A stretch of DNA of 63,786 nt, the filler included, from Thermodesulfobacteriota bacterium (GTDB lineage: Bacteria; DASVDK01), in NCBI GenBank assembly GCA_036381125.1. It is 8 parts of 8 records of this genome, joined end to end, with 100 filler letters (N's around TTAATTAATTAA, not from the genome) between each part and the next. Parts side by side here need not be neighbours in the genome. Positions count along the whole stretch, not along the records: positions 46,853 to 53,727 come from DASVDK010000077.1; positions 53,828 to 57,225 come from DASVDK010000079.1; positions 57,326 to 59,713 come from DASVDK010000080.1; 5 more parts are not named here. One strand, given 5' to 3'. The first letter of the stretch is position 1; every line of letters starts with the position of its first letter. Position numbers and translations under genes: made by a program. Under the pieces are notes generated by a model. That model did no database searches. It saw only the letters and a program-made list of their open reading frames with translations, and was not told where the DNA came from. Shown here piece after piece: positions 47,120 to 59,288 of this stretch.

Positions 47120-48396
47120 GAGACCCTCCATCTGCCGCCTTCCACCTCGCGCGGGTCGGTCAGCCGGCCGGTCAGCGCCGAGGCGGCGACGGTCGCCGAG
47201 GAGGCGATCCAGATCTCGGACCGCGGGTTGCCGAGCCGCCCCTGGAAGTTGCGGTTGGCGGACGAGACGACCACCTCGCCGTCTCCGGGGATCAGCCGAC
47301 CGGTGACGCCGGTACAGGTGCCGCACCCGGCCGCGTCGACCGACGCGCCCGCCGCGGTGAGCGCCTCGATGAGCCCCTCGCGCGCCGCGGCGAGCCAGAC
47401 GGCACGCGACGCCGGGGTGACGATCATCCGCACGCCCGGGGCGACCCGCCGCCCCTCGAGGATCGCCGCGGCCTGGCGGATGTCGTCGAGCCGGCCGTTG
47501 GTGCAGGAGCCGACGAGGGCGAGGTCGATCCGCTCGCCGGCCGCCTGCGGCACCGGAACCACGTCGTCGATCCGGTGGGGCCGGGCGACCTGCGGCGGGA
47601 GCGCGGAGGCGTCCACGGCGATCCGCATCGCGTAGACCGCGTCCGGGTCCGGCGCGACCGGCCGCGGCTCGCGCGCACCGTGCGCCGCCAGCCAGGCCGC
47701 CGTCTTCGCGTCGGCCTCGACGATGGCCGCCTTCGCTCCCAGCTCGGCGGCGTGGTTGCAGAGGGTCATCCGGTCGTCGATGTCCATCGCGGCGACCGCG
47801 GGGCCGGCGTACTCGATGGCCCGGTAGTTCGCACCTTCCGCGCCGAGCCGGCCGAGCATGTGGAGCGTCACGTCCTTGGCCCAGACCCCCGGCGAGAGCC
47901 GCCCCGACAGCTCCACGCGGATCGTCTCGGGGACCCGGAACCAGAGCCGGCCGGTCGCCAGCACCGCCGCGAGGTCGGTCCCCTCGACCGGCGTGCCGAA
48001 GGCGTTGAAGGCGCCGTACGTGGTGGAGTGCGTGTCGGCGCCGACGACGAGGTCGCCCGCCGTCAGGTGCCCCCCTTCGGGGAGGACCTGATGGCAGATC
48101 CCGTCGCCCACGTCGTAGAGGACGGCGCCGGTCCTGGCGGCGAAGGCCCGCATCGCCGCGTGCGTGTTGGCCGCCTCCCGGTTCGGCGGCGGCGAGTAGT
48201 GGTCGAGGACCAGGGCGGTCCGCGGCGCCATCGGCAGCGCCGCCGCGCCGAGGCGGTCCACCCTCCTCAAGGCGCTCGCCCCGCGCGCGTCGTGCAGCAT
48301 GGCGAAGTCGACGCGCGCGACGACGACCTCGCCGGCGCGCGCCGGCCGACCCGAGGCGTGAGCCCCCAGGATCTTCTCCGCGATCGTCGCTCCCAA
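47116..48396 (-). CDS. aconitase/3-isopropylmalate dehydratase large subunit family (LeuC/HacA/DmdA-like)
   Basis: TIAEKIL, DH, GICHQ, GADTHSTTYGA, GSCTNGR, GCGTC, NRNFQGR. Confidence 0.9.
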   Translation of the reverse strand: MGATIAEKILGAHASGRPARAGEVVVARVDFAMLHDARGASALRRVDRLGAAALPMAPRTALVLDHYSPPPNREAANTHAAMRAFAARTGAVLYDVGDGICHQVLPEGGHLTAGDLVVGADTHSTTYGAFNAFGTPVEGTDLAAVLATGRLWFRVPETIRVELSGRLSPGVWAKDVTLHMLGRLGAEGANYRAIEYAGPAVAAMDIDDRMTLCNHAAELGAKAAIVEADAKTAAWLAAHGAREPRPVAPDPDAVYAMRIAVDASALPPQVARPHRIDDVVPVPQAAGERIDLALVGSCTNGRLDDIRQAAAILEGRRVAPGVRMIVTPASRAVWLAAAREGLIEALTAAGASVDAAGCGTCTGVTGRLIPGDGEVVVSSANRNFQGRLGNPRSEIWIASSATVAASALTGRLTDPREVEGGRWRVS

Positions 48397-48430
48397 CGGC
48401 CGTGGCCCTCCCTGCGCCGGCAGGTCGTGA

Positions 48431-49441
48431 CTACATCTCGACCACGACGCCGGCACCCTCCTTCGCCGCCTTCTCGTAGACGAAGGCCGCAACCGCGACG
48501 TCCTCGATCGCGACGCCGATGGACTTGAACAGCGTGATCTCCTCGGGCGAGGTCCGGCCGGGCGCCCGGCCGGTGACGACCTCGCCGAGCTCGGCCGCGA
48601 CGGCCTCCTCGGTGATCTCGCCCGCGCGCAGCGGGACGACGAGGTCGCCCGCCTCCTCCCAGGCCTGCGCCCGGTACTCGACGACGACGCGCGACCGGGT
48701 GACGAGCGCGGTGTCGACCTCCCGACGGTTCGCGAGGTTGGCGCCGACCGCGTTCACGTGGGTGCCGGGCCGCACCCAGTCGCCCCGGACGACCGGCTCG
48801 CGCGAGGTCGTCGCGAGAGCGACCACGTCGCTCTCGCGCACGGCGGCTTCGACGTCGTCGGTCACCTCGACCGTGAGCCCCTGCTCGGCCATCCGCCGCG
48901 CGAAGGCCTCCCGGTTGGCGGCCGACCGGCTGGTCGCGACGATCCGTTCCGGCCGCATGAGGGCCGCGAGGTTGGTCGCCTGCGTCTCCGCCTGCTCGCC
49001 GGTGCCGACGATGCAGAGCCGAGACGCGCCGGGCTTCGCCATCCACTTCGTGGCGACCGCCGCCGTCGCGCCGGTCCGCAGCGCCCCCAGGTAGCGGGCG
49101 GCCACGATGGCGAGGAGCGCGCCGTCGCGCATGTCGTGCAGGAGGACCGTGAACCGGTCCTTCGACAGGTCCTTGAAGACCGGCCCGACGTAGCCGGTGT
49201 AGACCTTGACGCCCAGGTAGCCTCGCGTGGGCGGCACCGGTCTCGGGGTCGGCATGACCTTCACCGCGGGGAGGATCCGCATGTTGCCCGCGATGCCCGG
49301 GATCGGCACCGTGATCCGGGCGGCCATGCGGGAGATGCCGTTGGTGAAGTCCTGGAACGCCTGCTCGACGCACCGCTGCGCGTCGAGCGGCCCGACGAGC
49401 CGGCGGACGTCGGCCTCGCTGAGGATGCGGACCTTGCCCAT
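48431..49441 (-). CDS. ornithine cyclodeaminase/mu-crystallin family protein
   Basis: LRTGA, GTGEQA, GTHVNAVGA, FKSIGVAIED. Confidence 0.9.
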   Translation of the reverse strand: MGKVRILSEADVRRLVGPLDAQRCVEQAFQDFTNGISRMAARITVPIPGIAGNMRILPAVKVMPTPRPVPPTRGYLGVKVYTGYVGPVFKDLSKDRFTVLLHDMRDGALLAIVAARYLGALRTGATAAVATKWMAKPGASRLCIVGTGEQAETQATNLAALMRPERIVATSRSAANREAFARRMAEQGLTVEVTDDVEAAVRESDVVALATTSREPVVRGDWVRPGTHVNAVGANLANRREVDTALVTRSRVVVEYRAQAWEEAGDLVVPLRAGEITEEAVAAELGEVVTGRAPGRTSPEEITLFKSIGVAIEDVAVAAFVYEKAAKEGAGVVVEM

Positions 49442-49445
49442 CGCG

Positions 49446-50555
49446 CTAGCGCCCCGCCTCGCGCGACGGCAGGACGACCTCCGCCTCGCCGGCCGTCGTT
49501 GTGGCGCCGACCTGGTTCACCCCGCCGATCTCCACCTTCACGACGGCGCAGTCGCCCTCGCGAGCCTTCTCGCGCACCCGCCCGCCGAGCCAGAGGGTGT
49601 CGCCGTAGATCCCGGGGGCCCGCACCTGCACGTAGAGGCGCCGCAGGAAGCCGCGGTCCCCCATCCAGTTCGTCACGAGCGGCGCGACCCAGGCGAAGCG
49701 CATCACGCCGTTGTCGAAGGGCCCCGGCATGCCGCGCTGCGAGGCGAGGTTGAAGTCCTCGTGCTGCTGCGAGTACTTGACCGGCCAGCCGGTGACGGGG
49801 TTCTTGACGGTCGTGTGCGGGGACTTGAGGCAGTCGAGGTAGCCGAGCCGGCCGGCGCGGTAGGACGGGCCGATGGCCGCCTGCCAGCAGACCATGTCGC
49901 CGATCGTGAGCGGGCCCCGGACGATCTGCGGGAGCTCCTGGCCGACCTGGACGTCCTCCCAGTGGAGCGTTCCGGCCGTCCGCGTCTCGTGCTGCTGGGC
50001 GGCGCCGATCTGCTCGAGCTCCTCGGCCGAGTAGCGGTAGAGCGGCCGATCGAAGAGCAGCTCGGTGCCGACCTGCGTCGCCCGGATCATCGTGCCGGTG
50101 GCCGTGCCGACGACCTCGTCCCGCTGGTTCCAGTAGGTGACCTCCGAGATGACGAACACGAGGCGGCGGCCGCTGCTGCTCTTCTTCTCGTAGAGGTCCT
50201 TCTGGACGCTCTCGGCGCGCAGCCGGTCCCCCTCGAGGATGGGGCGCTGCCACCGGTACTCGACCCCGCCGATGAGCGACGAGAGCGGCGCCTCCATCGG
50301 CGCGCCGTGCAGGATGGGGTAGAGCACCGAGGTGAGGTACGCCGGCGGGGCGGCGAGCGTGCCGTACGGCCCCCTGGCCGCGTACTCGGGGTCGAGCCAG
50401 AGCGGGTTGTCGTCGCTCGTGCCGAAGGCGAAGTGCCGGATGGAGTCGGCCGTGACGGTGGTGTTCCAGGCGGTCCGCTCCCGGACGACCTTGCCGGTCA
50501 GCTCGCGCGAGCGGGCGACGAACTCATCGATGCGTGACTGGACGGTGTCGGACAC
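49446..50555 (-). CDS. double-hotdog MaoC-type acyl-CoA dehydratase
   Basis: IRHFA...DDNPLW.D.EYA, APP, second hotdog with QH.D...A..RG.PG.FDNG. Confidence 0.82.
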   Translation of the reverse strand: MSDTVQSRIDEFVARSRELTGKVVRERTAWNTTVTADSIRHFAFGTSDDNPLWLDPEYAARGPYGTLAAPPAYLTSVLYPILHGAPMEAPLSSLIGGVEYRWQRPILEGDRLRAESVQKDLYEKKSSSGRRLVFVISEVTYWNQRDEVVGTATGTMIRATQVGTELLFDRPLYRYSAEELEQIGAAQQHETRTAGTLHWEDVQVGQELPQIVRGPLTIGDMVCWQAAIGPSYRAGRLGYLDCLKSPHTTVKNPVTGWPVKYSQQHEDFNLASQRGMPGPFDNGVMRFAWVAPLVTNWMGDRGFLRRLYVQVRAPGIYGDTLWLGGRVREKAREGDCAVVKVEIGGVNQVGATTTAGEAEVVLPSREAGR

Positions 50556-50591
50556 CCTGCCTCCTCCTCTCGGCCGGGGCGCGCCCCGGGA

Positions 50592-51515
50592 TCAGGCCGA
50601 CCGCGCGCCGCTCGCTCGCCTGGAGGCCAGCGCCTCGGCGACGAGCCGCGGCACGTCGGAGAACGTGTCGGCGACGAGCGCGCCCGCGTCGCGCAGGCGC
50701 CGCTTCTTGCCGGATGTCGAGCCGACGCCGCGGCCGACCAGGGCGCTCGTGTGGCCGAAGGCGGTCCCCTTCGGGACGGCCTCGAGCGCCTCGCCGACGA
50801 CGAGCGCGACGAGCGGCTTGGTGAACGCCCCGCGGGCCAGCATGTCGGCGGCCTCCTCCTCGTGCGCCGTCCCCGCCTCGCCGAAGATCACGACCGCCTC
50901 GGTCTCCGGGTCGGCCTCGTAGAGCGGCAGGAGGTCGGCGAACGCGGTGCCGATCATCAGGTCGCCGCCGATGGCAACGTAGGTGCTCTGGCCGATCCCG
51001 GCGCGCGTGAGGGCGTGACCGATCTCCCCGCCCATGCCGCCGCTGCGCGAGACGATGCCGACCGGACCCCGGCGGAACATCCGGTCGGGGATCGGCCCGC
51101 CGGTGCCGCCGATCTTCGCCTTCCCGGGGCTGATCATCCCCTGGGAGTTCGGCCCGATGACGCGCACCCCGTTGGCCCGGGCCGCGGCGATGATCTCCGC
51201 GCCGTCGTGGTGCGGCACCCCCTCGGCCAGGACGACGACGGTCCGGATCCCGGCCTCGATCGACTCGAGCGCGGCGTCGCGCACGCCGCGCGCCGGCACG
51301 AAGAGGACGGCCAGGTCGGACGGGTGCTCCGCGACCGCGCGCCGGACCGTGTCGTAGACCGGGACGCCGTCGACCGACGCGCCGCCGCGTCCCGGCGCGA
51401 CGCCCGCGACGACGGTGGTGCCGTAGGCGCGCATGTACCCGACGTGCCGGCGCGCCTGCTGTCCGGTGATCCCCTGCACGAGGACCCGCGTGCTGCCGTC
51501 GAGGAGGATGCTCAT
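50592..51515 (-). CDS. sucD: succinate-CoA ligase-like alpha subunit
   Basis: VQGITG, GPNSQG, SRSGG, IGGD, FGH phosphohistidine. Confidence 0.85.
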   Translation of the reverse strand: MSILLDGSTRVLVQGITGQQARRHVGYMRAYGTTVVAGVAPGRGGASVDGVPVYDTVRRAVAEHPSDLAVLFVPARGVRDAALESIEAGIRTVVVLAEGVPHHDGAEIIAAARANGVRVIGPNSQGMISPGKAKIGGTGGPIPDRMFRRGPVGIVSRSGGMGGEIGHALTRAGIGQSTYVAIGGDLMIGTAFADLLPLYEADPETEAVVIFGEAGTAHEEEAADMLARGAFTKPLVALVVGEALEAVPKGTAFGHTSALVGRGVGSTSGKKRRLRDAGALVADTFSDVPRLVAEALASRRASGARSA

Positions 51516-52720
51516 CGGTAGGCCAGCTCCACGATCCGCTTCACGGCGGCGTCGAGCGGGGTCGTGCCGTCGAGGAACTCCACCCCCGGCAGCGACGCGG
51601 CCAGGCGCCGCGCCTCCTCGATGTTCGGCCCGTCGAACCGGAAGACGACCGGGAAGGCGCGGGTGTCGACCCCCGCCTCGGCGAGGGCCCGGACGACCCC
51701 GCGCACCTTGATGTCGATCGGGATGAAGTTCGAGATGTTGCCGCCGACGATGAGCCCCTTGAGGCCGGGCCGGCGCAGCACGGCCGCGACCGACCGGCGC
51801 ATCTTCTCCTCGACCTGGCCCGGGGTGATGTCGAACGACGTCGCCGGCCGGCCGCCGACCCGCAGCATGGTGTCGAACGAGAGGAGCCCGCTGCCGCCGC
51901 CGGTCATCATGAAGCCGATGTCGCCGTCCTCGAACTCGTTGAAGCGGATGGCGGTCGTCGGGTCCTCGCGGTCGATCGCCCGGATCTCCCGCTCGAGCGG
52001 CGTGAGCGGCCGCCAGCCGTTGGAGAGGTCGGGGTCGATGCGCCCCTCGAGCTCCGGGTGGCGCCAGAGCGCCTGATCGTCCACCGAGACCACGGCCGAG
52101 ACGGCCACCGCCTCCCCCTCGGGGTCGAGCGCGAGGGGGTTGACCTCGACGAGCTGCGCGTCGGTCGAGCGGAAGACCCGGTAGAGCGCGACGAGCGCGT
52201 CGGCGACCGAGACGAGCGCCCGGCCCTCGAGGCCGGCCTCGGCGCAGCGCTCGCGCGCCTCGAACGGCCTGAGCCCCTTCAGGATGTCGACCGGCCAGAC
52301 GTGCAGGGCGCCCGGCGCCTCCTCGGCCAGCGTCTCGATGTCGACGCCGCCCGAGGCCGAGAAGAGGACGATCGGCTGCCGAAGCTGGCTGTCGAAGGTG
52401 ATCGACGCGAACAGCTCGCGCTCGATCGGCGCGAGGGCGCTCACGAGCACCGCGTCGACCGGGAAACGCTGCACCGTCGTGCCGAGCATCGCGCCCGCGG
52501 CGGCCGCGGCCTCGGCCGGGCCGTCGACCCGCCTGACCGCCCCCGCCTTGCCGCGCTTCCCCGCGGGAACGAGCGCCTTGACCACGACCGGCCCGCCCCC
52601 GCCGACCGCCTGCGCCGCCTCGCGCGCCTCGGCGGCGCTCCTGGCGACCCGGACGGCCGGCGTGGCGACGCCCGCCTCCGCGAGCAGCGCGAGGCTCGCG
52701 TCCTCGAGGAGCCGCGCCAC
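51512..52720 (-). CDS. sucC: succinate-CoA ligase-like beta subunit (ATP-grasp), divergent
   Basis: VVKA....KRGKAG, GGVDIE, EVNPL, GGGSG. Confidence 0.8.
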   Translation of the reverse strand: MARLLEDASLALLAEAGVATPAVRVARSAAEAREAAQAVGGGGPVVVKALVPAGKRGKAGAVRRVDGPAEAAAAAGAMLGTTVQRFPVDAVLVSALAPIERELFASITFDSQLRQPIVLFSASGGVDIETLAEEAPGALHVWPVDILKGLRPFEARERCAEAGLEGRALVSVADALVALYRVFRSTDAQLVEVNPLALDPEGEAVAVSAVVSVDDQALWRHPELEGRIDPDLSNGWRPLTPLEREIRAIDREDPTTAIRFNEFEDGDIGFMMTGGGSGLLSFDTMLRVGGRPATSFDITPGQVEEKMRRSVAAVLRRPGLKGLIVGGNISNFIPIDIKVRGVVRALAEAGVDTRAFPVVFRFDGPNIEEARRLAASLPGVEFLDGTTPLDAAVKRIVELAYR

Positions 52721-52722
52721 CG

Positions 52723-53550
52723 CTACCGCTCCGATCTCGATCCGGCCGCGGCGCCGGCGCGCGCGGGCCGGCGGCGCGGCCGCAGGACGGCGAGCCCGCC
52801 CCGCTCGGCCACCACCTCGGCCAGCGCGGGCGCCAGCTCACGCCCCGCGCGCTCCACGTGCTCGCGCGTCAGCCGCTCCGCCTCGTCGGCGTCGCGGCGC
52901 CGCATCGCGTCGAGGATCGCCCGGTGATCGGCGAGCGACACCGGGATCCGCCCCGGCCGCGACAGCGACAGGGCGCGCAGCCAGTGGATCTTCTGGTCGA
53001 TCCCCCGGTGGATCTCCACGAGCGCGGCGTTGCCGCTCGCCGAGATGATGGCGTTGTGGAACCGCCGGCTCGCCTCGAGGTAGCGCGCGCCGCTCGGGTG
53101 GCCCGCCTCCGCCTCCATCCGCTGGAAGTACCGGCCGAGGGTGTCGAGTTCCGCGTCGGTCATCCGCTGCGTGGCGAGGCGGGCGGCGTAGCCCTCGGTC
53201 ATGCTCTTGACCGCGTAGGCCTCGAGCACGTCCTCCGCGGTGAGCACCCGGACGAAGGCGCCGCGACCCGGCCGGACGACGACGAGCCCCTCCTGCCCCA
53301 GCATCCGGAGCGCCTCGCGGATCGGCGTGCGGCTGATGTGGTAGGCGTCGGCGATCTCCGACTCGTTGATCCGGTCGCCTGGGCGGAGCTTGCCGCCGAC
53401 GATGGCCTGGCGCAGGACGTCGGCCAGGCGGTCGGGCATCAGCCGCGGGACCGGGAGGTTGAGCTTGCCGAACATGGCGGTTCCCTCGAGCGGCGCGGCG
53501 GCGGCCGCGCCAGGGGGCGCCGGCCGCGGCGCGCGCCGGGCGTCCGTCAC
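52723..53550 (-). CDS. GntR-family (FCD) regulator
   Basis: ISRTPIREAL, FH......SGN, DH; start GTG 53550 or ATG 53475. Confidence 0.9.
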   Translation of the reverse strand: MTDARRAPRPAPPGAAAAAPLEGTAMFGKLNLPVPRLMPDRLADVLRQAIVGGKLRPGDRINESEIADAYHISRTPIREALRMLGQEGLVVVRPGRGAFVRVLTAEDVLEAYAVKSMTEGYAARLATQRMTDAELDTLGRYFQRMEAEAGHPSGARYLEASRRFHNAIISASGNAALVEIHRGIDQKIHWLRALSLSRPGRIPVSLADHRAILDAMRRRDADEAERLTREHVERAGRELAPALAEVVAERGGLAVLRPRRRPARAGAAAGSRSER

Positions 53551-53551
53551 G

Positions 53552-53563
53552 ACTGTCGACAGT
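53552..53563. promoter_or_regulatory. candidate GntR operator
   Basis: perfect palindrome ACTGTCGACAGT next to the start; TTGACA on minus strand at 53592-53597. Confidence 0.55.
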
Positions 53564-53827
53564 GGTCAGTGTTCAATCGGCAGGCGGCCGATGTCAACCA
53601 TGAACTAAACCATGTTATATCTTTCACGAACCGGCAGCGGGGCCGCAACGCGTGTCACGCCTGCGCGTTCCGCGTCGCCGTCGTCGTCGCCTCGCGCGGT
53701 CGTTGCCGCGCTCGTCTATCTCAGAACNNNNNNNNNNNNNNNNNNNNNNNNNNNNNNNNNNNNNNNNNNNNTTAATTAATTAANNNNNNNNNNNNNNNNN
53801 NNNNNNNNNNNNNNNNNNNNNNNNNNN

Positions 53828-54492
53828 ATGTCGAAGAGGGCCGCGGTCAGCTCTCGCCAGGGGGTGAGCCTGGCGAAGGCGAGGTCCCGCACCGTCCAGC
53901 GCCCGCCCCTCCCGGCGCCCCGGCGCGCGAGCAGCCCGGCGACGGCGGCGATCGGGTCGCCGCCCGGCGTCACGCCGTCGGCCCACACCGCGCCCCGCGC
54001 CGTGTCGACGACGACCGTCTGCACCTCCCCGGCGAGCCGGTCGAGCACCGACCGCTCCGCCGGCAGCGGCGCGCGCCACCAGAGGACCGAGGGGACGTCG
54101 GTCTCGAGGAGCGGCCGCACCAGGGCGGGCAGCTCCCCCACCACGGCGCCGCGTGCGTGCACCACGACCTGCTCGCCGCAGACCTGGTGTGCGCCCGCCT
54201 GCGGGCCGCGCCGCCCGAGCGGACGGCACTGGATCGAGGGCCAGGCGTCGAACCCCTCCGGCGCGAAGGGTTCGGGCACGACGACGATCATCCGCCCGGG
54301 CACCGATTCGGCCAGCTCGGCCAGCGCCCGGGTGACCTCGGCCACCGCGTTCGGGCCGTCGGTCACGACGACGAGGTTCACCACCGAGGCGCGCAGGAGC
54401 GGCTCCCCCTGCTCTCGGGCGCTCGCCGCGGCCTCCGACCAGAGGCGCCGCAGCTCGCGCTCCACTCCCGCCAGCGTCGTGCCGCCGCTCAT
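53828..54492 (-). CDS. opcA: glucose-6-phosphate dehydrogenase assembly protein OpcA (truncated)
   Basis: LRASVVNLVV, P.R.I, CGEQV, DVPSVLWW, DLAFARLTPWRE. Confidence 0.88.
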
Positions 54493-56032
54493 GGACGCCG
54501 CCAGACGCGGCCGTCCCGCTCGATGAAGGCGTCCGCCTCGGGCGGGCCCCAGGAGCCCGCCTCGTAGAGCGGCACCCCCGGCGCGCGCGACGAGCGCCAG
54601 GCCTCCTCGATCGGCGTGACGATGCGCCACTGCGCCTCCACCTCGTCCTCGCGCGTGAAGAGCGTGGCGTCGCCGAGCATGGCGTCGAGGAGGAGCCGCT
54701 CGTAGGCGTCCGGCGGGTCGATGCCGAAGGAGGTCCCGTACCGGAAGTCCATCGTCACCCACCGGACCGCCGTCTGGAAGCCGGGCTGCTTGGCCGCGAA
54801 GCGCAGCGCGATCCCCTCGTCCGGCTGGATGCGGAAGACGAGGACGTTCGAGCCGATGCGGTCGCCCCCGTCGCGCGTGAACAGCGACAGCGGCGCCTCC
54901 TCGAAGACGACCGCGATCTCGGTGACCCGCCGCGGCAGCCGCTTGCCGGTCCTCAGGTAGAAGGGGACGCCGGCCCAGCGCCAGCTGTCGATCTCGAACC
55001 GGGCCGCCGCGAAGGTCTCGGTCGACGAGTCGGGGGCGACGCGCGTCTCCTCGCGGTAGCCCGGGACCCGACGGCCGCCGACGTAGCCCGCCCCGTACTG
55101 GCCGCGCACCGTCGCGGCGAGCGCGGCCGCGCCGGCGAGCGGCCGGACGGCCCGCAGGACCTTGACCTTCTCGTTGCGGACCGCGTCGGCCTCCAGGGAC
55201 ACCGGCGGCTCCATCGCCGTCAGGGCGAGGAGCTGCAGCAGGTGATTCTGGAATATGTCCTTGAGGGCGCCCGCCTCCTCGTAGTAGCCGCCCCGCCCCT
55301 CCACGCCGATGCTCTCGGCCACGGTGATCTGCACGTGGTCGATCGAGCGGCGGTTCCAGATCGGCTCGAAGATGCCGTTGGCGAAGCGGAAGAAGAGGAG
55401 GTTCTGGACCGTCTCCTTCCCGAGGTAGTGGTCGATGCGGAAGACCTGGCGCTCCTCGAAGACCTGGTGGATCCGCGCGTTCAGCCGGCGCGCCGAGTCG
55501 AGGTCGTGGCCGAAGGGCTTCTCGACGATGAGGCGCGTCTCGCCGCCGGAACCCTCCGGGCTGCGGCCGAGACCGGCGGCGCCGAGGTTCTCCACGATCT
55601 CCGGGTAGGCCGACGGCGGCGTGGCCAGGTAGAAGATCCGGTTGCCCGCCGTCCCCCGCTCGCGGTCGATCGCCGCGAGCCGGTTGGCCAGCCGCCGGTA
55701 GCCGCTCGCATCGCCGAACTCGACCGGGAGGTACTCGATGTTGTCGACGACCGACTCCCAGATCGGCGCCTCGACCCGGCCCGAGCGCGAGTGGCTGTCG
55801 ATCCCCTCGCGCAGGAGCCTGCGGAACGCGGTGTCGTCGAGCGGGCGCCGCGCGACGCCGACCACGGAGAAGTTGAGCGGGAGGAGCCGCTCACGGGCGA
55901 GGTTGTAGAGCGCCGGGGCGAGCATGCGGCGGGTGAGGTCGCCGGTCGCTCCGAAGATGACCATGATGCAGGGAACCGGACGCGGTGCGAGCCGGAGCCC
56001 TTCCCGAAGCGGGTTGGCCCGCTCCGCCGCCA

Positions 56033-56033
<1 letters not shown>
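54489..56033 (-). CDS. zwf: glucose-6-phosphate 1-dehydrogenase
   Basis: FGATGDL, EKPFG, RIDHYLGKE, QNHLLQ, YERLL. Confidence 0.97.
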
Positions 56034-57225
<1,192 letters not shown>

Positions 57226-57325
57226 NNNNNNNNNNNNNNNNNNNNNNNNNNNNNNNNNNNNNNNNNNNNTTAATTAATTAANNNNNNNNNNNNNNNNNNN
57301 NNNNNNNNNNNNNNNNNNNNNNNNN

Positions 57326-57697
57326 CCGCTGCAGGTCGAGGAGCGCCGCGCGGACCCCTCCGATCGCCGCCACCCTGGACGCTGCCCGCGAAACCGCTTC
57401 GTCGCGCAGGTCCGGCGCGTCGAGCTCAGCGAGCGACACCGCCTCGGCGGCCGTCACGGCGGCGGCTTCGTCCCCGGGATCGATCCCGGCCCGCAGCAGC
57501 CGCGCGGCGACGGCGCGGTAAAGCAGACCCGTGTCGAGATAGGCAAGGCCATAGTGATCGGCAAGGCGGCGGGCGAGCGTTCCCTTGCCGGCGGCCGACG
57601 GCCCGTCGACGGCGATGACCAGGGGGGCCTCGCGAAGCGTCTGGCGTTCGACGGGGTCGTCTGTTGCGTGGCCCGCGGAAAGGTCCCGTCCGGTCAT
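57326..57697 (-). CDS. cmk: cytidylate kinase (truncated)
   Basis: [21 protein letters not shown]. Confidence 0.93.
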
Positions 57698-59061
57698 GAC
57701 GCACCCTCCGCCGGCTGGATGCGGGCGCCGAGCCCGTTCATCAGCGCCGCGAAGCCCGGGAAGCTCGTGCCGATCGCCGTTCCGTCGTCGATCTCCACCG
57801 GCGCCTCGGACGCCATGCCGAGGACGAGGAAGGCCATGGCGATGCGGTGGTCGTAACCGGTGGCGACCGTGCCGCCGCCGGGCGGGCGCCCGCCGCGGCC
57901 GGTCACGGTGAGGCTGTCGGGGCCGGCCTCCACCGCGACGCCGCAGGCCGCGAGGCCGCGCGCGATGGCGGCGAGCCGGTCGCTCTCCTTGACCCGGAGC
58001 TCGGCCAGCCCGCGCATGACGGTCGTTCCCTCGGCCGCGGCGGCGGCCACCGCCAGGATCGGGTACTCGTCGATCATCGACGGCGCCCGCGCCGCCGGTA
58101 TCTCGACGCCGGAAAGCCGGCTCGCGCGCACGCGCAGGTCGGCGACCGGCTCGCCCGCCTCTTCACGGCGGTCGGTTTCGGCGATGTCGGCGCCCATCTC
58201 GCGCAGCGTTTCGATGAGACCGATCCGGTGCGGGTTCATTCCGACGCCGCGCAGGACGATGTCCGATCCCGGCAGCAGCAGGGCCGCGACCAGCGGGAAG
58301 GCGGCCGAGGACGGGTCCGCCGGCACGCGGATCGCGCGGCCGCCGATCTCCGGCTGGCCGGTGAGGGTGACGGCGCGCCCCTCCTCCGTCGCCTCGACCC
58401 GGATGTCCACGCCGAAATGCCGGAGCATCGTTTCGGTGTGGTCACGGGTCGGCTCAGGCTCGATCACGGTGGTCCGGCCCGGCGCGTTGAGGCCGGCGAG
58501 CAGCACCGCCGACTTGACCTGGGCGGACGGCACCGGCAGGCGGTAGGTGATCGGCAGGGGCTCGGCCGCCCCGAGGACGGCGAGCGGCAGCCGGCAGCCC
58601 GATCGCGCGACGATGCGCGCGCCCATCATCTCGAGCGGGGTGGCCACCCGCGCCATCGGGCGGGCGCGCAGCGAGGCGTCGCCGGTGAGGAAGCTCGTGC
58701 CCGGATGAGTCGCGAGCAGGCCCATGAGAAGGCGCGCGCCGGTGCCGGCGTTGCCGAGGTCGAGCACGTCGGCCGGCTCCTGAAGGCCGCCGATGCCCCG
58801 GCCGCGGACGCGCCATCGCGCCCCCTGGGGCGTCCCGTCGCGACGTCCCCGGTCGTCGGCCTCGCGCTCCACGGCGGCGCCGAGCGCCCGCATCGCGGCG
58901 GCCGTCCGCAGCACGTCCTCGCCCTCCAGAAGCCCCTCGATCGTGGTCTCGCCGACGGCCAGCGCGCCGATCATCAGGGCGCGATGGGAAATGGACTTGT
59001 CGCCCGGCACGCGTGCCTCGCCGGTCAGGGCGTCCACGGGTTCGGACCGAAGCGGTTGCAA
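57694..59061 (-). CDS. aroA: 3-phosphoshikimate 1-carboxyvinyltransferase (class II EPSPS)
   Basis: [46 protein letters not shown] start after AAGGAG. Confidence 0.96.
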   Translation of the reverse strand: MQPLRSEPVDALTGEARVPGDKSISHRALMIGALAVGETTIEGLLEGEDVLRTAAAMRALGAAVEREADDRGRRDGTPQGARWRVRGRGIGGLQEPADVLDLGNAGTGARLLMGLLATHPGTSFLTGDASLRARPMARVATPLEMMGARIVARSGCRLPLAVLGAAEPLPITYRLPVPSAQVKSAVLLAGLNAPGRTTVIEPEPTRDHTETMLRHFGVDIRVEATEEGRAVTLTGQPEIGGRAIRVPADPSSAAFPLVAALLLPGSDIVLRGVGMNPHRIGLIETLREMGADIAETDRREEAGEPVADLRVRASRLSGVEIPAARAPSMIDEYPILAVAAAAAEGTTVMRGLAELRVKESDRLAAIARGLAACGVAVEAGPDSLTVTGRGGRPPGGGTVATGYDHRIAMAFLVLGMASEAPVEIDDGTAIGTSFPGFAALMNGLGARIQPAEGAS

Positions 59062-59288
59062 GATGACTCGCTCCTTATCACTTAAGCGGGCGCGGTTTCG
59101 GAATCGCGTGCGCGGACCCGCAGCGGGGGTGTGTCTAGCACAAGCCGCCCGCCGGCGCACGGGGGCCGAATCGCCTTGCACGAATCTTTTGACAGGGCCG
59201 AACGCGCGTGGCAATTGGCGCCCTCATCGATTGATATCTCGATTGACGTTCCGATTGGCGCCATTCGCCACGGAAGGAGGAACACAGA

